Below are positions 46,190-60,903 of a stretch of DNA of 64,000 bases, piece by piece (positions within the stretch are counted from its first letter, which is position 1; each line of letters opens with the position of its first letter). Made by a program: the position numbers and the translations under genes. This DNA comes from the human T2T-CHM13v2.0 reference genome, Homo sapiens. A model generated the notes under the pieces. It worked only from the letters and a program-made list of their open reading frames with translations, did not search any database and was not told the DNA's origin. The stretch lies in assembly GCF_009914755.1 (NCBI RefSeq), contig NC_060939.1; one strand, 5' to 3'.

Positions 46190-49100
46190 GCATCTGGCTC
46201 GTTTTTGGAAGTGGGGCCTGTCCGTGTGTTTGGGGATGGTCGGTTTCATGTTCCGTCACTGTGTGCTTAGCCCTTTGCTCGCAGGCTGCTCTCCCTGCTC
46301 CCAGTCCAGAAGGTGCTTCTGCACCCTCGTGCAGATGGCTGTGGCTCTGTGGACCCCTCTCACACACATACTTGCTTGCTCTGGGAAAGCCCTCTCTCCT
46401 GAGACCCCGTGGGTCCTCGTGGTTGTTGGTCTGTGGGCTACTGCCTGGTGAGAAATGCTGGTCATTAGACCCAGCACGTGCCTCTCTCCCAGGGCCAGAC
46501 ATGTCTTTCATGGTCTGGGTAGAACTGTTACAGCCTCCCCATTGCTGGTGACCATGCATCCCACTGACCTTAGCTTGGAGGGTGGGGGGTAGTGTGCTGG
46601 GCCCACCCTCTGGAGACCCTGCCCCTGCTGGGCTCTGTTCCCCCAGAGGCTTGTTCTCAGGGCAGCTAAGGTGGCTTCCTGGGCCTGTCTTCCCACTCCC
46701 CCTGGGCCAGGGGCCAGTCCACTGGGGCTTGTTGGACCTGTGTGGCATCCTGGTGGTGGTCACTGAGCCCAGCTGCACTGTCCCTCCTGTGCCAGCCTGG
46801 CCTTAACACTAGGCTGGGATTTGGAGTGGCAGCTGCCATTGTCCCCTTCCATTGTTCATATAGGCCCAAGAAGAGCTACTGGGCTGTGAAGGGATAGGTA
46901 ACCACAACACATTGTGGCTGCTGCAGTGACAACCAGGGTGGAGGGTCCTTGGGTCCCAGAAGAGGTGATACCTGAATTGGACCTTGAAGACAAATACAAA
47001 ATCACATGCAAAGTGGGGTCTGGGTAGAGAGAGCCGCACGTGCAGAGTCTTGGTGAGTCTGGAACAGGAAAATCCCCAGGCGAGGCTGGAGCTCCCAGAA
47101 CCAGAAGGGGCAGGAGCAGGGCTTGGAAGCCTGGCTAGAAATCCAGCAACCCAGGGACTCAGTCCCACAACCTGAAGAATGGGGGTGTGAGCCACGTGGA
47201 ATCATTTGACACTACTACAGGGAGGAAAGAATTGCAGTGGAGGTGGAGTTTCTGAACTCTGGGCCCCCCGGGCCCTGGGCAGCCATGGGCACCTCGTCAG
47301 CCCCATCAGTCACATCCATCTCATCGTCAGCACCTTAATGGAGTGAGCGCTTTATTCCTTTTCCTTCGGTCCTCCCTTCCCGCCGTCCTCTCCTCTCCCT
47401 CCCTCCCTTCACACCTGTGCCCCTGCTGTATGCCTGACACACATCTTACCAATGGTGACCAGGCAGAGTGAGGGCTCAGAACAGGTAGGGCTTCGCACCT
47501 GGGTTCCTCTGTGGCCCCAGAGGACTCAGAATGGTGCAGAGGCCAGGCTGGGGTGGTGGAGAGCCAGGCCTGGCTGGGGTGGTGGAGAGCCAGGCCTGGC
47601 TGGAGTGAGGTGCTGCTCTGCGACGACAGCTCTATGCAGGGAGGCCCTCTCTTCCCCTGCACCAGTCTGAGGGAAGAGACTTAACCCGGACTTGGGAGTT
47701 CTAGTCTAAGGAAGGAGATATGACAGTGTCCCAGGGACCCCCAGTCTGAGGTGGTGGGGGCAGGAACCAGACTCTGCCCAGGACTCCTAGTCTGAGGGAA
47801 GCAGCGCCCTACCTAGGGCTGCCACCCCTAGGGCAAGGAAGGAGTGAGGGCAGTGGAGTGTGCTGGCCCCGCCCCCACCCCCAAGGAGACCCGAGCAGGT
47901 CCACCTAAGAATGGGGCTCAGGTGAGACCCAGCCTCACCATGCCCCACCTGGCACCCTAGCCCAATACAAAAGGCAAAGGGCCTGGGCGGCCGGCTTTGC
48001 TGACAGGAGTGGAGCTAGCAAGGTAGTGAGTGGGAAGGATGACAGCCCTGTCTTGGGGGACTCGGAGAGTAGGAGCTGGGAAGGGGAGAGGGGCTCCCCG
48101 GACAGAGTCGTCTCATAGGGAACAGCACCTCCAGCCAGGCTCAGCACTACACCACCCCAACCTGGCCTTGGCAGGGACCCTGGTGCTGAGCCCTGCTTGT
48201 CCTGAGGCCTCATTCTGCCCTGTCGCTGCTGGCAACGCCCATGTCTGGGGTGTTGTGAAGACCCCAAAGCCCCTTCGTGACTCCAGACGCCTCTTTCCCT
48301 CTGTCATTCCTGGCCTCATTGATGTTCCTCTTCCCGTGAGTTTGTTCTCACTAAGGGGGTTGAGTTGAGCCAGCTGAGTCTTCCCTCAAACCTCCTTTGG
48401 GGATCCTCGGAGCAGGACCCGACTCTGACCTGACTGGCTGTGACTCTTCTCATCCTGCAGTTCCTGTGCCGGAGAAGGGAGGGCCGAACCCCGAGCCCAG
48501 CCTGCTGCCCCAGCTGGTGGTGGGAGGCGGGCCATGGGGACGCTTCAGCCCGTGGACATGGCCTTGCTGCTGGCTATATGCTGTGCTCTCTCCATGGGCA
48601 GCTCCCCAAGACCCCACCTCCAGACACCCCCTCAGTGGGGAGCACCCAGTGCAGCTCTTCTGGAGCCCTGTCTGCCCAGGAGATGGGAATGGGGGAATGC
48701 CGCCAAGCCCCTCCTGTCTCTCCTGCTGCACATGGACCCCTTTTCCAGGGTGGCGGGAAGCTGGGGGCCTCCTTGAGGACGCTGCTGCCTCCATGGGGAC
48801 TCCAACTCTGGATGTTCTAGCTATGGCCCACTCAGAGGTGCCTGTGTCGATGAGCCCTCCACCCCTCCTGCCACAGCCCCTAGCCTCAGCCTGCCTGGCC
48901 ACTGTTCCTCCCACACCCTGCCTTTGTCCAAGAGGGGCCCAGCTTCCAGGTCCCTGTGATTTCTTAGGACAATTGGAACCCAGGGTCCTAGGAAGGGGTG
49001 CTGAGCCCCTTGGAAGGACCTCAAGGGGCCTCTTCTATGATTTCTGGGTTTGTCAGGGGATCCCTTGCTTCTTCAAGAGCCTCTGATAAGGCATCTGCAG

Positions 49101-50443
49101 ACCCTTTTCCTCCTCAGATTTGGATGATGGGACCAGGGCAGGCCCCTCCTGTATCCCCTAGCTCCTCTCCATATAATTCAGAACTTGGGGTCCCAAGCTT
49201 GGCTGCACCTCCTCAAACCCTGTAAACCTCTTAGACCCAATCCCACTACACCCTCAGAGGGGCTGGGGCTTCAGCTTGGGCCCTACTACACAGAAAGCTA
49301 GTGCTTCTCTGCCTCCTGCTGAGGCCTTGATGACTCCTCAGTGAGGCCTGGGCTCCCAGCTGCCTTAAGTAGGCAAGAGACCCTGGAGACAGCCGCTACT
49401 CAAGGAGGCCTGGGTTCTCCAACAGACCTGGGGAGCCCGCCTGCCTTTCCACAAGGCTTGGTACCTCCCTTGGGCTAGATCTGGGGTATCCCTGTCCATC
49501 CTTTGCTGCCACCCTTCCGCTTGCCACTTCCTGGCCCCGCGGACATACCAGGACCCTAGCTTCCAGAGGCCAGGTCTTCCCCAGCCCCACCCTGCCATCT
49601 GCTGCCACCCTGGCATCTCTAAGCCCAGCAGGCCACAAGAGTCCCTAGCTACTAAAAGACTGGTCCCCACCAGATCTGCCCAGTGCTTCCCCAGAGGCCA
49701 GTGAGCATGCCCAGCCCCCAGCCCTTGGTAGCCCAGCCCCTTCTGGGTGTTGCCAGCTTGGAGCTTTCTTCTAGACCTGTGGATGCTATCCTATCTGGAG
49801 TTAGCTTAGACCTCTCCCCTGGCCTCCTGGGCACTTCTGGCCCTAATCCCCTGGCAGCCTGTTTTCCAGCATTCCTGGGACTGGTGGGGAGGCCTCTGCC
49901 AGCTCAGCGGGTGCCCCTCTGCACACCAGACTTGCTTTCCTTGCAACCCCAGCAGGAAGCCTCATTCTTTGTGGCGTCCAGCCCACCCCTCTGATGTGGG
50001 CCCTAAACCTCCAGCTGGCCCAGCCCTGCAGAGTAGGTGCCCAAAGGTATCTTCAGCGGTTCCTGTCATGCTGGTCTCCCCCCAGGGTCCCCTTCTGGAG
50101 CCTGGCACCATAGATCTCGGTGGGGTGGGGAGTACAGCTCAGTCTCCCTTCCCCCTCACACCACTCATAGGGGGCCCTGTCCACCAAGGCCCCTGACTGC
50201 TGGGGGACCCACACCCACAGCCCCCTTCTTTCTGACTGCTGGCCCTTCCCCAGCCTGGATACTCGAGCCCTGGGCAGAGGGGTAACGATCCCAGGACTGT
50301 CTTCGCAGGCAGAGAGGCCACTTGGTACCAGGCCCTGACTCCTTGGGCTGAGCTCAGCAGCAGGCGTGTCACCAAGGCCCCCTGGGCAGAAGGGGCTCAG
50401 CCCTGAGGGCCCATCACTCGCCACGCCTGCATGTTCCTGCTAG

Positions 50444-50838
<395 letters not shown>

Positions 50839-51748
50839 TCTGCATCTTTTTTTATGGAGCTGACTTGGGTGGGAGGGGCTACAGACTCAAGGGAGACTGC
50901 AGGCCACCCCTTCCCCACTCCCTGGCTGGGTGGGTTTCCAGCTCAGGAGTCTGATTGGAAGGATGGGACCGTCCTGTCACAGAGGCAGGTCTGAGTAGTC
51001 CAGGCCCAGTTTTACCCTCCAGCAGGGCCCCTTTCATTCATTTGTCCAGCTGGCTTTGCCCAAAGCACAAGTGATGTCTATGTGGACTGTGTCCCCTGTC
51101 CCCAAGGGGAGTCTGGCTCCAGTCCTGGCCTGGAACTCGGAGACCTTAGAATTAGAGGCCACATCTGGCAGGGTGGACCAGCCAGGGCAGGTACCATGTT
51201 GGCAGCCCCAGACCTGACACCACGGCTCCCGTGTGCCCTCTCCACTTCCGTCCTGCACATCACCTATACTACGTGCTGTCCCTGATGAATCCAAGCTGTC
51301 AGCTTCCATCAGCTTGGCTGGGAAGTCAAGCTGACCAAAGGGGAATGGTGCAGCCTGAGTTGGGGGCTGAGTAGGAATGGGCCTGGTGTGGGGTGGGGGA
51401 GGTGGGGGTGAGGCGGGTGTCTGGCGCCTCTCTGCTTATCTTCCCTTCTCCCTTGCCCATAAAGGAAGCATCTTCTCCATGTCCCTCTGCCACCCTGGGG
51501 ACATAAAATACTGCCCCAGGTCTGTCTTCCCTTGGACATAGCCCACCTACCTTCCTGTGGGACTCAGGGCTTTGTTTTGTCCTGTGGCCCACATGAGAAG
51601 CAGTTATCCCTGCTCTGCTCAGCTGAGAGAGGACAAACTGAGGCAGAGCAGGGGAACAACTCTGTCATAGTCTGGCTGTTAATGGCAGAGTCAAGACCAC
51701 TGAGTGTCTAGTGGACCACCAGGTCCACTGGACACCAAACGTGGAGGC

Positions 51749-52798
<1,050 letters not shown>

Positions 52799-53124
52799 GA
52801 GGCCTCCCTGTCATCAGAGTCTTCTGTCCTCGGTTCAGGTGCATGCTGGCTTCCATGCCTGGCTTCCTAGGAAGTCATCTTGGCCCCATGGGGTTGGGCC
52901 GGGCCACTAGGCTGAGGGTTGGAGCCCTATCTCTCCTAGTCCCAGCCTGGGTCTCCATCACTGACTAGCCCGCTCTGCTTGCTGCATTCTCTCCACACCT
53001 GTTCCCTGTAGCCCAGGGGTCAGTCTGGGTGCAGGCCTGGGTAGAGGTCCAGGAGCAGATTCTGCCCCCCAGCTCATACCTCCTGTGCACCATGGCAGCC
53101 AAAATGCACCAGCATGACCAGGAG

Positions 53125-53850
53125 TGCTGGCTTGTCCCTGTAATCCCAGTGTTTTTGGGAGGCTGAGGTGGAAAGATCACTTGAGACCAGCCTAGGCAAC
53201 ATAGCCAGACCCTGTCTCTACAAAAAATAAAATTAGGCATGGTGGCGTGTGCCTGTAGTCCCAGTATAGCAGGACAAGCCGCAGACAAAACTTCGTAGAC
53301 ACCGAGTTGTAGAAGAAGGGCTTTATTCAGCTGGGAGCATCGGCAAGCTACTGCCTTAAAATCCGAGCTGAGTGCACAATTTTTGTCCCTTTTAAGGCCT
53401 CACAACACTAAAGATTTCACATGAAAGGGTCGTGATTGATTTGAGCAAGCAAGGGGTACGTGACAGGGGCTGTATGCACCGGTGGTCAGAGTGAAACAGA
53501 ACAGAGCAGGGAGTTTCACAATGTTCTTCCATACAATGCCTGAAATCTATGGGTAACATCGGGTTCTAAGTCATGAGTTGATTTTTAACTACTAGGTTTA
53601 GGCCAGGCAGGCCCAGGCCTGGCTTTGGGCCTGGCGCTGGGCTGCCTGTCTTTGATTTCACTTCCTTGTTTTTTTCTTAAAACAGGTACTGAGTATAAAA
53701 CAATATGAGAGAGCCTCTCTCTTCCCTCACCAGCTACTCAGGAGGCTGAGGTGGGAAGATTGCATGAACCCAGGAGGTCAGGGCTGCAGTGAGCTATGAT
53801 TGTGCCACCACATTCCAGCCTGGGCAACAGAGCAAGACCCTGTCTCTAAA
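53125..53850 (+). mobile_element. AluJ interrupted by LTR2B
   Basis: The Alu breaks at gtagtcccag and resumes at ccagctactcagg. Confidence 0.82.
53265..53729 (-). mobile_element. LTR2B (HERV-E family) solo LTR
   Basis: Minus strand TGAGGGAAGAGAGAGG...CTCATATTGTTTTATACTCAGTACCTG...TGCGGCTTGTCCTGCTATA; 4-bp TSD ccag. Confidence 0.8.
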
Positions 53851-56800
53851 ACAAGAAACAAAGTGCACCAGTGTGTGGATTCCAGCTTCTCCTGGTGTGT
53901 GGACATGACCTCACTCGGCCCCATCAGTGAGTGGGAGGCTGCCTGCTGTCTTCCAGAACGTTCTCATCACTACACCTGTGTTCCTCCTGCATTCTCTGGC
54001 AGGCTTTGTGAGGGGACCTGTCACCTACCTCTCTGGCTGCCCTAAGGCCCAGCTCAAACCTTCCCTGCCCCTGAGAACCTTTTCCTGAAGAGTCTTTTCC
54101 CCACTGGCAGGCCTTCTTATTTCAGAGCTTTTGGTAGGGTGAGTAAAAGGATCGACTCTCTGCTACCAGCCTGGGAGGAATTGTCCCTAGGGTTGGGTCT
54201 CTGGATGGCATATGAGGGTCTAGACCAGGACCCAGATGACTGTAACCTGAAGGGCAGGACCTCAGCTGCCCCAGCTTGACACAGCCCCTTGTCCAGCCTG
54301 ACCTTCTGGGACAGGCCCGACCCCTGCATCCTTTGGTCTTGGTCCCTACTGGGAACTCTGGTTACCCTGGCTTACCTACTTTGACTCCAAAGGCAATGCT
54401 GACATCCCCCGTGAGACACAGTGACAGACTGAGACTAACGTAGGGTTACCTGGCTCAGAGTCACCATGGCCAGGCAGAGGTCAGGTCCTGGCCTGGTTCA
54501 AGATCTTCCCCAATGCCCTTCTAGCTCTGGTGCCCTGCAGGGTCTACCTTGGAGCACCTGGAGCCCGAGAAGCTGCCCCTCACCTTTGAGATCCCAGGGA
54601 CCCCCTCCCTGATCATGATGAAGGCGGAACCAAACCCGCTGAGGTGCCTGAAGGAGGAAGGGTCAGCCTCTGCCTCCCACGGCCTCTCTGATGGGGAGGA
54701 TGTTATCGCAGCAGCGTGAGCTGGGAGCGGAATCGGGAGGATAGGGGTTTTCTCTATGGGTAGCTCTGGGCTCCAGGGTGGAGCCCTTTTAACCTGGCCC
54801 CTCCCCTGTGACTCTCCTTGGCCCCAAGCAAAGAAAGCAGCTTGCCCGAGGTCACCTGACAGGTAGGAACAGAGTGGGACCTGGGTTCTTTCTCACCCAG
54901 CTGCAGCTCCCCCGGCTTGCCCCACAGCCCCTTCCACCAGGTGACACAGAACCTGGCAGGCTGTGCCCCATAGAAGAGTTCACTTTCCTTCTGGTGAGGG
55001 ATGGGAACCACCTTGGGGCGGGAGGGATGAGGGGTCTGGGGGCTCTCCCAGCCCTGCCTCACATTTGAAGGATGGCATCTGGGTGGCAGCATGGTTTAGG
55101 CTACACAGGGCGGCCCCGAGGTTTATAGCCTGGCCTCGGGCGGATGCTGCCATGCCACCTTCTCTTTTGCACATCCTGACCTGGCACCCTACCTAGTTAA
55201 AGGTCCTCAGGTCTCCTGGGCATTGCCCCCACTCCCTGCCCAGACACAACTGTCCTTGTCCTGGACTAATCTTCAGAGATTCTTGTCCAGCCCACAGCTT
55301 TGCTGGACATCGCAGGCTGGGCCAGGTCCCCTGCCCAGCACTAACATCTCTTTGTGAGTCTCAACCAGACTGAGCTGTAGCGTCAGGGTCAGGGTAGGCT
55401 CTGACTTAATTGATGGTGTCAATAAACCCCCAGGACAGGGGGGTTTATTGATGGTGTCACATCTGCTTACATTCTTGGCCTCTATGGTCTCTTTGGGGCA
55501 TGATACCCCTCTGTCCCATGCTTAGGTGCCCACATGTGGCCACAAGTGCCTTTCCTACCACTATCCCTACTTGAGGCCGGTGTCCAGGAACCTGTGGCTC
55601 CAGGCAGAAGGCTGAGCGCAGAGCCAGGCCTGGGCAGACATTCCGCAGGGGCTGCAGGAGCTGACAGCCCTGACCACCCAGCCCGTGGCCATCCATTCCC
55701 CTTCACCGTGGCTGGCCCCTCATCCACCATCCTTCCAGGGGCCAGGCCTGGGCCCAAACTGACTTTTGCCTGCCCCAGTCCCCCTCGTGTTCTTGGCTGA
55801 GTGTGATGGTCTTGCCCGTTTCCTTGATTATCCTCAATCAGAGGTTTATAGAGCCACTTGGGGACATCACATCTATCTACCAGGTCCTCACCAGAGACAT
55901 GACTGCCTTGGGCCGGGCCTGGGATAGTCAGGGGTCAGACTCACCTGTTGGGACCTGGCTTCAGCGGCTTCAATGTGGGCAATGGCCTGATGGGCGGCTG
56001 CCCCTTCTCCTCTGCTGGGGGGAGGCAGGAGAGGAAGGTCAGGCAGGAGATCTGCTTCCGGCCCACCTGACGCTGGTTGGAAGCAGGGCGCCCACCTGTG
56101 CCTGTCTCACCTCGCTGCAGGTGCATCGGAGGCTGAACCGCTCTCCTGATCTCCTGCAGGTGCAGATTCCACATTTCCAGTGGGTGTCGGGGTGGGCTCC
56201 AGAGCTCTCCTGGCCCTAGGGAACCCTGGGCTCCATGAGGCCTTGGCCTAGCCAGATTGTTTCCCACACTGTCACCTCCCCATACCGTCACCTCCTCAAA
56301 CATGGGGCTGCATGCTCTGTGCCCTGGGTGGGACATTGGAAGGAGTTCCACCTTCCAGGTTTGGATCACAGTAAAGCCTCTGCCATGGGGATGTGCTGGC
56401 TGAGACAGATGGGGTTGAACCAGCCCTGTCACTTTGGCCTTGGGCAAGTCACCTGTGCCTTGCTTCCCTTTCCCCAGCAGCCAGACGGGGATAATAGCAC
56501 CCATTTCACCCGTACTCAGGTGCTCACTTGTTAGCGGGAACTGAGTCCCAGAGGAGGTGCAGGCAGAGCCATCGAGAAAGCACTGCAGCTGGACCTGGGT
56601 CTGAGTCGCAGTTCCTGGCTGTGAGATGCGTCTCTCCCTCTGTTTATTCATCTGAAGGACAGGGCTGTGCTGTTCTGGGGTCACTGTGACAATTCAGCTG
56701 GCCTGTGTGAGTTGGTGGTGGCTTCCTGAGATGGTTTGAGGTGGGCTGGAGGTGTGTCTTGAATGCCCCCTCGCCTCCATGGGGAAGACCCACTTAGGGA

Positions 56801-59800
56801 AGACTCGTGGCTGTATGGAGGAACCCACGTTCCCTGCCCCCCAGCTGTCCTCTGTCCTTTCCCAGCCCCCTCTGCTGTCCTGCAGTTTCTGGCAGTGGCC
56901 ATCCAGCTTGTTGGTCATCTGGCTGGTCCACTCTTCCAGGTGGACCCTCTCTCCTCATGTGGTGCAGGTCCCATTGCACCACCACCAGACAGGCCATGCT
57001 AGCCCCAGGGCCCCCTTTCCCTATTACCCAGCCCCCACCCCCAGCTATGTGCCCCCTCCCTAAAGCCCACTGTGTCCACCAGCTGTGTTTGAACTGTCTG
57101 TGTGCAAGACCTCATGCAAAGCCTGAAACAGCCTGGCTTGTAGACAGCCAGGAGACCAAAGCTTGAAGAGAGAGTGACGGTCTCCCAGAGCCCACTTAGC
57201 CTCAGCCCCAGGGCTGTGTCCATGCTGGTCCTGGCTCCATTGAGCCAATTCTCTCCCATGACGCCTGTAAGGGCTCCAGTGGTGATGGAGGTAGCTGGAG
57301 AGAACAAGGCTGCCATAACCCTCCCTCCCTGAGAAGGCCCAATGGGGAACGTTTTAGGCATCAGGGCATTCTGGGGGCATCTTCCAGGGACCCCTCCTAC
57401 ACCCTGCCCTGCCCTGGCTCTCTAGTGAGAAACTGCAGTTGCTTGGACAGTGGGGCTGACCCAGGACAAATGCATATATTGGGCTGGTCTTTGGGGTGCT
57501 GGGGTGGGGGCATGGGCGCTTCAGGGATAGGAAGGAGAGGCCTGTGTATTCCAGAAGTACAGAGGAACCTGGTGCCGGCCACAGTCAATCCCGATGTGAT
57601 GATCTTTCTACCCGCCCTCTTTGATGTCTTGGTGCTGGCTGCTGTCTTTGGCCACATAAGCTCATGGTCTGGGTTCCTGGGGTCCCCTCGCTGGGCCTCC
57701 ACACTGCCTGCAGGTAGAGGAGCCTTCAGGCCAGGACTATCCTTGGCTCCCCTTTCCAGGTCATGGGTTCAAAGACCATTCCTGGGTTCCACCACCGCCA
57801 AGCCTCAATGGTGTCCTGATGGGCACGGGAGCTGCTGGGGCGTTCTGGGTTAAGACCCTTGCCTATCCCAGTGTTCCCCCCTGCAGTGGGGCTGCAGGGG
57901 TTGGCCTCAGTCTCTGCCCTGGGAGCCTGCCTCACCTTGGCCTGGCGGCCCCACACCTGCCCTGGAAGACCCCCCCACACTCAGTGGCTCTGATTCACTG
58001 TAGAGCAGCCAGGGCCCCCGTTGCTCACACCCTCTGGCCTGAGGCTGACTGGCTCTGTGGCTGGGTTTGGGGGTCAGGGAGGGGGGTGGGCCTTGCCCTC
58101 AGCAGCCCCCATTCCCACTCCGACCCCTTTTCAGTCTTCCTCCTCTTGTGGGCTCTACCCTGGGGCGCCCCCAGCTCCTCACACCATATGACCGTCTAAG
58201 TATCTAGAAATCAGTTTTTTAAATACCAACTTTGGATTGCTTCCTGACTTTTCCATACCCCCAAAGGGCCAGTGTTTGTCTTAGGACTGACAGTCCCTCC
58301 AGCTCTACTGGGCCAGACCAGGCGGGCGTAAGGGTGCCCCTGCCCCAGCCCTCTTTGGGGCGGGCTTCTGTCCCCTTCCTGCTGCCTCTGCAGCTGAGTT
58401 CCTGCCCCAGGGAGAGAAACTTAACCCAGCTCTGTGGGGATGAAGGTGCCCTGCAAAGCGCCACGGGAGGGCTGCCAGGCTGCCGTGTTCTGCTGTCTGA
58501 GGCCCGCCATGCTGGGCCACGCCCAGAGCCGGCCTGAGTGCCCCCACCTCAGTGGGCTTTGTGATGTGTATGTACAGGATCACACCTTGCCCTTTCCTCC
58601 GGTCTGACCCTTCCCTATCTCCCCGCCTCAACCCCATGTCCTGTGTGTGAGCACCCAGCTCACTCTCGTTCCTCCCTCTCCAAAGTGTGGTCCCTGGCAG
58701 CACGAGTGGCAAGAGGGTCAGCAGAGACTGCGGACACCTGAGCTGTGCCTAAGTCCTCTGTGTGGTCTAGCTGTGTGTGCTGGGGGAGGCTCTTGGCCAC
58801 CATTTCCCCCTCTGTAAATGAGACCGATACCTGTGGCATGGAGGGCGGGAGGCTGGTGTGAGTGCCAAGCACTTGGAGCAGGGCCCTGAGTGAGCATGGA
58901 CGTGGGAGCAGGGGTGTTTCTCAACTTTGTGCACCTTGGGGATGGGAGTGGGGCTCCCCGCGTGGGTTGACAAGGCATTGCTTTCCCCCACCCCACCTCT
59001 GTCCCAGCCCTGCAAGTCCAATCCTTGGGGGTTTTGGAGGGAAGAAGCCCTGGCTGTGTGTCCTCGAGCTGGTCCTTGGCCCTCTCTGGCTCTGAGTTCT
59101 GGGGAAAGTCAGTGGTGCTGGAACTCCGGATTCATTCCTCAGGGTTGAGGCACCGTCTGTGGAAGCCATGGGGCAAGGTGAAGGCAGGGAGAGGAGAGGT
59201 TTGGAGTTTGGGTTTCAGCAGAGGGAGCAGCAGCATGAGGGGTCACCTGTGTGTAGAGGAAAGGGAGTGAAGGCCAGGAGTGGGGAATGAGTCTGAGTGC
59301 ACCCAGGACGGTGCTGCGCCTCCTCCCACATCCACTTGGCCCCGGGGGAGGGAGAAGAAAGGCCATAAGACAAAGGGGAAGCTGAGTTGGGTCCACACAT
59401 GTCCTTCCAGGACCTGGAGGTGCCACTGTCTGGCCCTCATGCAGTGGGAAGTGGGGGAAGGAAGATTCCCTCCCCACACCTCCTGTTCTCTGTCCCAGGT
59501 CTCCTGGCCTCCTGTGCTCCTAAGTTCAGTCTCTGTCGGCCCCCAACATCATTTCTAGTGTTGGTGGGAGGGAGCTGGGAACAGGCGAGGGGTAGGTGGG
59601 GCCTGCTTGGGGGAGTCTGCCTGACTGCCTGGGCCACTGCCCACAGTACTGGGGAGCTTTTCTGGCACACCAACTGCACCCCCCAGGCACTGCCAATGAC
59701 AGCCCCCGGGGAGTGTTTGCAGAAGGCCTTGGCAGGAGGCGCGGTGGACCCCACCCAGAACAAACAATTGGGGTGGGGTCAGGGAGAACCGCCCTCCACT

Positions 59801-59841
59801 TACCTGTCTGGAGAGGGTCCTCTGTACCACACTGTGTGCTT

Positions 59842-59889
59842 CTACACACCCAGGCTGAACACCCCATGGGAGGCCCTCCACTTTAGCAC
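59842..59889 (-). CDS. TRCG1-like cytoplasmic tail VLKWRASHGVFSLGV* (exon 59804-59889)
   Basis: ccacccttcttgtcaag|GTG; basic stop-transfer KWR; TAG at 59844-59842; consensus donor CAG|gtaagt at 59804. Confidence 0.55.
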   Translation of the reverse strand: MLKWRASHGVFSLGV

Positions 59890-60102
59890 CTTGACAAGAA
59901 GGGTGGGGACACTGGGATCAGGCCCAGCCCCCTGGCCCCAAACCCTGCAGCCCCAGCTGGAGGATGAGGAGATGCTGGGCTTGGGTGGGGGAATCAGGGG
60001 TGTAAAGGGGCCTGCTCACCCCTCAGCTTGGCTTAAAGGCTCAAGAGGTCAAAGGCTTAGGCTGCCCCTCAGGAAGGCGCCCGGGCCCAGCCAGACACTC
60101 AC

Positions 60103-60209
60103 CAGGACAAGGGCCAGTGTGACGAGCAGGAGGCCCAGGATGAGGAGAGCCACGGCATAGCAAGGGATGGAGGCGTCCAGCGGACTGGAGACTTCAGGGC
60201 TGGGGGTGC
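60103..60209 (-). CDS. TRCG1-like transmembrane exon (1-0, 107 nt): GTPSPEVSSPLDASIPCYAVALLILGLLLVTLALVL
   Basis: ttcttgctctgctccag|GC...GTCCTG|gtgagt; more than 20 consecutive uncharged, mostly hydrophobic residues. Confidence 0.8.
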
Positions 60210-60445
60210 CTGGAGCAGAGCAAGAAGGCCATGGCCAGGCGGGGCCCTGCCTCCCAGACTTCTGAGAAGGCAGAATCTGGGCTCAGAAGGTGCTGCGGGA
60301 CCAGGGAGCTGGGGCTAGGAGCACCTTGGAGGGCTCCATGAGGAGGGGAGGCAGGCTTCAGATCAGGGCATGTGGAGGCAGCGAGCCCAAGGGAGGAGGC
60401 AGATGGACAGAGGGAGGGGGCCTGCAGAGGGAAGGAGGTACTGAC

Positions 60446-60591
60446 CGAGGTCTGGGATGACCATCTCCACCAAGAGGCCCTCTGCCTTCCCCAGGGTGTG
60501 CAGACCCTGGCGCAAACGGTCCCACATGAGAGCCTGGGCTGGCGCCGCCCTGAAGAAGGTGGCACCCATTCTGGCAGTCAGTGGCTCCGGC
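60446..60591 (-). CDS. TRCG1-like exon (2-1, 146 nt): PPEPLTARMGATFF...LLVEMVIPDL
   Basis: tcctcccaccag|G...CTCG|gtcagt. Confidence 0.78.
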
Positions 60592-60730
60592 CTGGTGGGA
60601 GGATCATCACAGACTTCAGGGGGCTGGGCAGCCTTGGGGGACTAGGGGAGGTCATCTCTTCCAGCCTCCTGCCCTCAACCCCAGAACCCAGGTCTGAGCC
60701 CTGGGTCACCCAGGGCCACCCTGAACCCAC

Positions 60731-60789
60731 GGGAATTCCTCCACCACCACTTGGTCAAAGTTCTGCAGAGGTCTGAGGATGAAGTTCAG
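60731..60789 (-). CDS. TRCG1-like exon (0-2, 59 nt): LNFILRPLQNFDQVVVEEF
   Basis: ctcctgacccccag|CTG...TTCCC|gtgggt. Confidence 0.78.
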
Positions 60790-60903
60790 CTGGGGGGTCA
60801 GGAGAGGATGAAGAGGGTCACAGCTCTACCAAAGTCTTGTCCAGTCATCCCCCATCTTCCCGAGGCCTCTTCCTCGACCCCCCACTTCATCCCGCCACTT
60901 CAC

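Noticed and set aside
47545-47606. 26-bp tandem duplication (ggctggggtggtggagagccaggcct); similar 24-bp duplication at ~16115-16163
   Set aside because: Simple two-copy slippage duplications; no spacers, so not an array or CRISPR.
59387-60160. 257-aa plus-strand ORF
   Set aside because: Non-ATG start, GC-rich, antisense to the TRCG1-like exons, no domain features.
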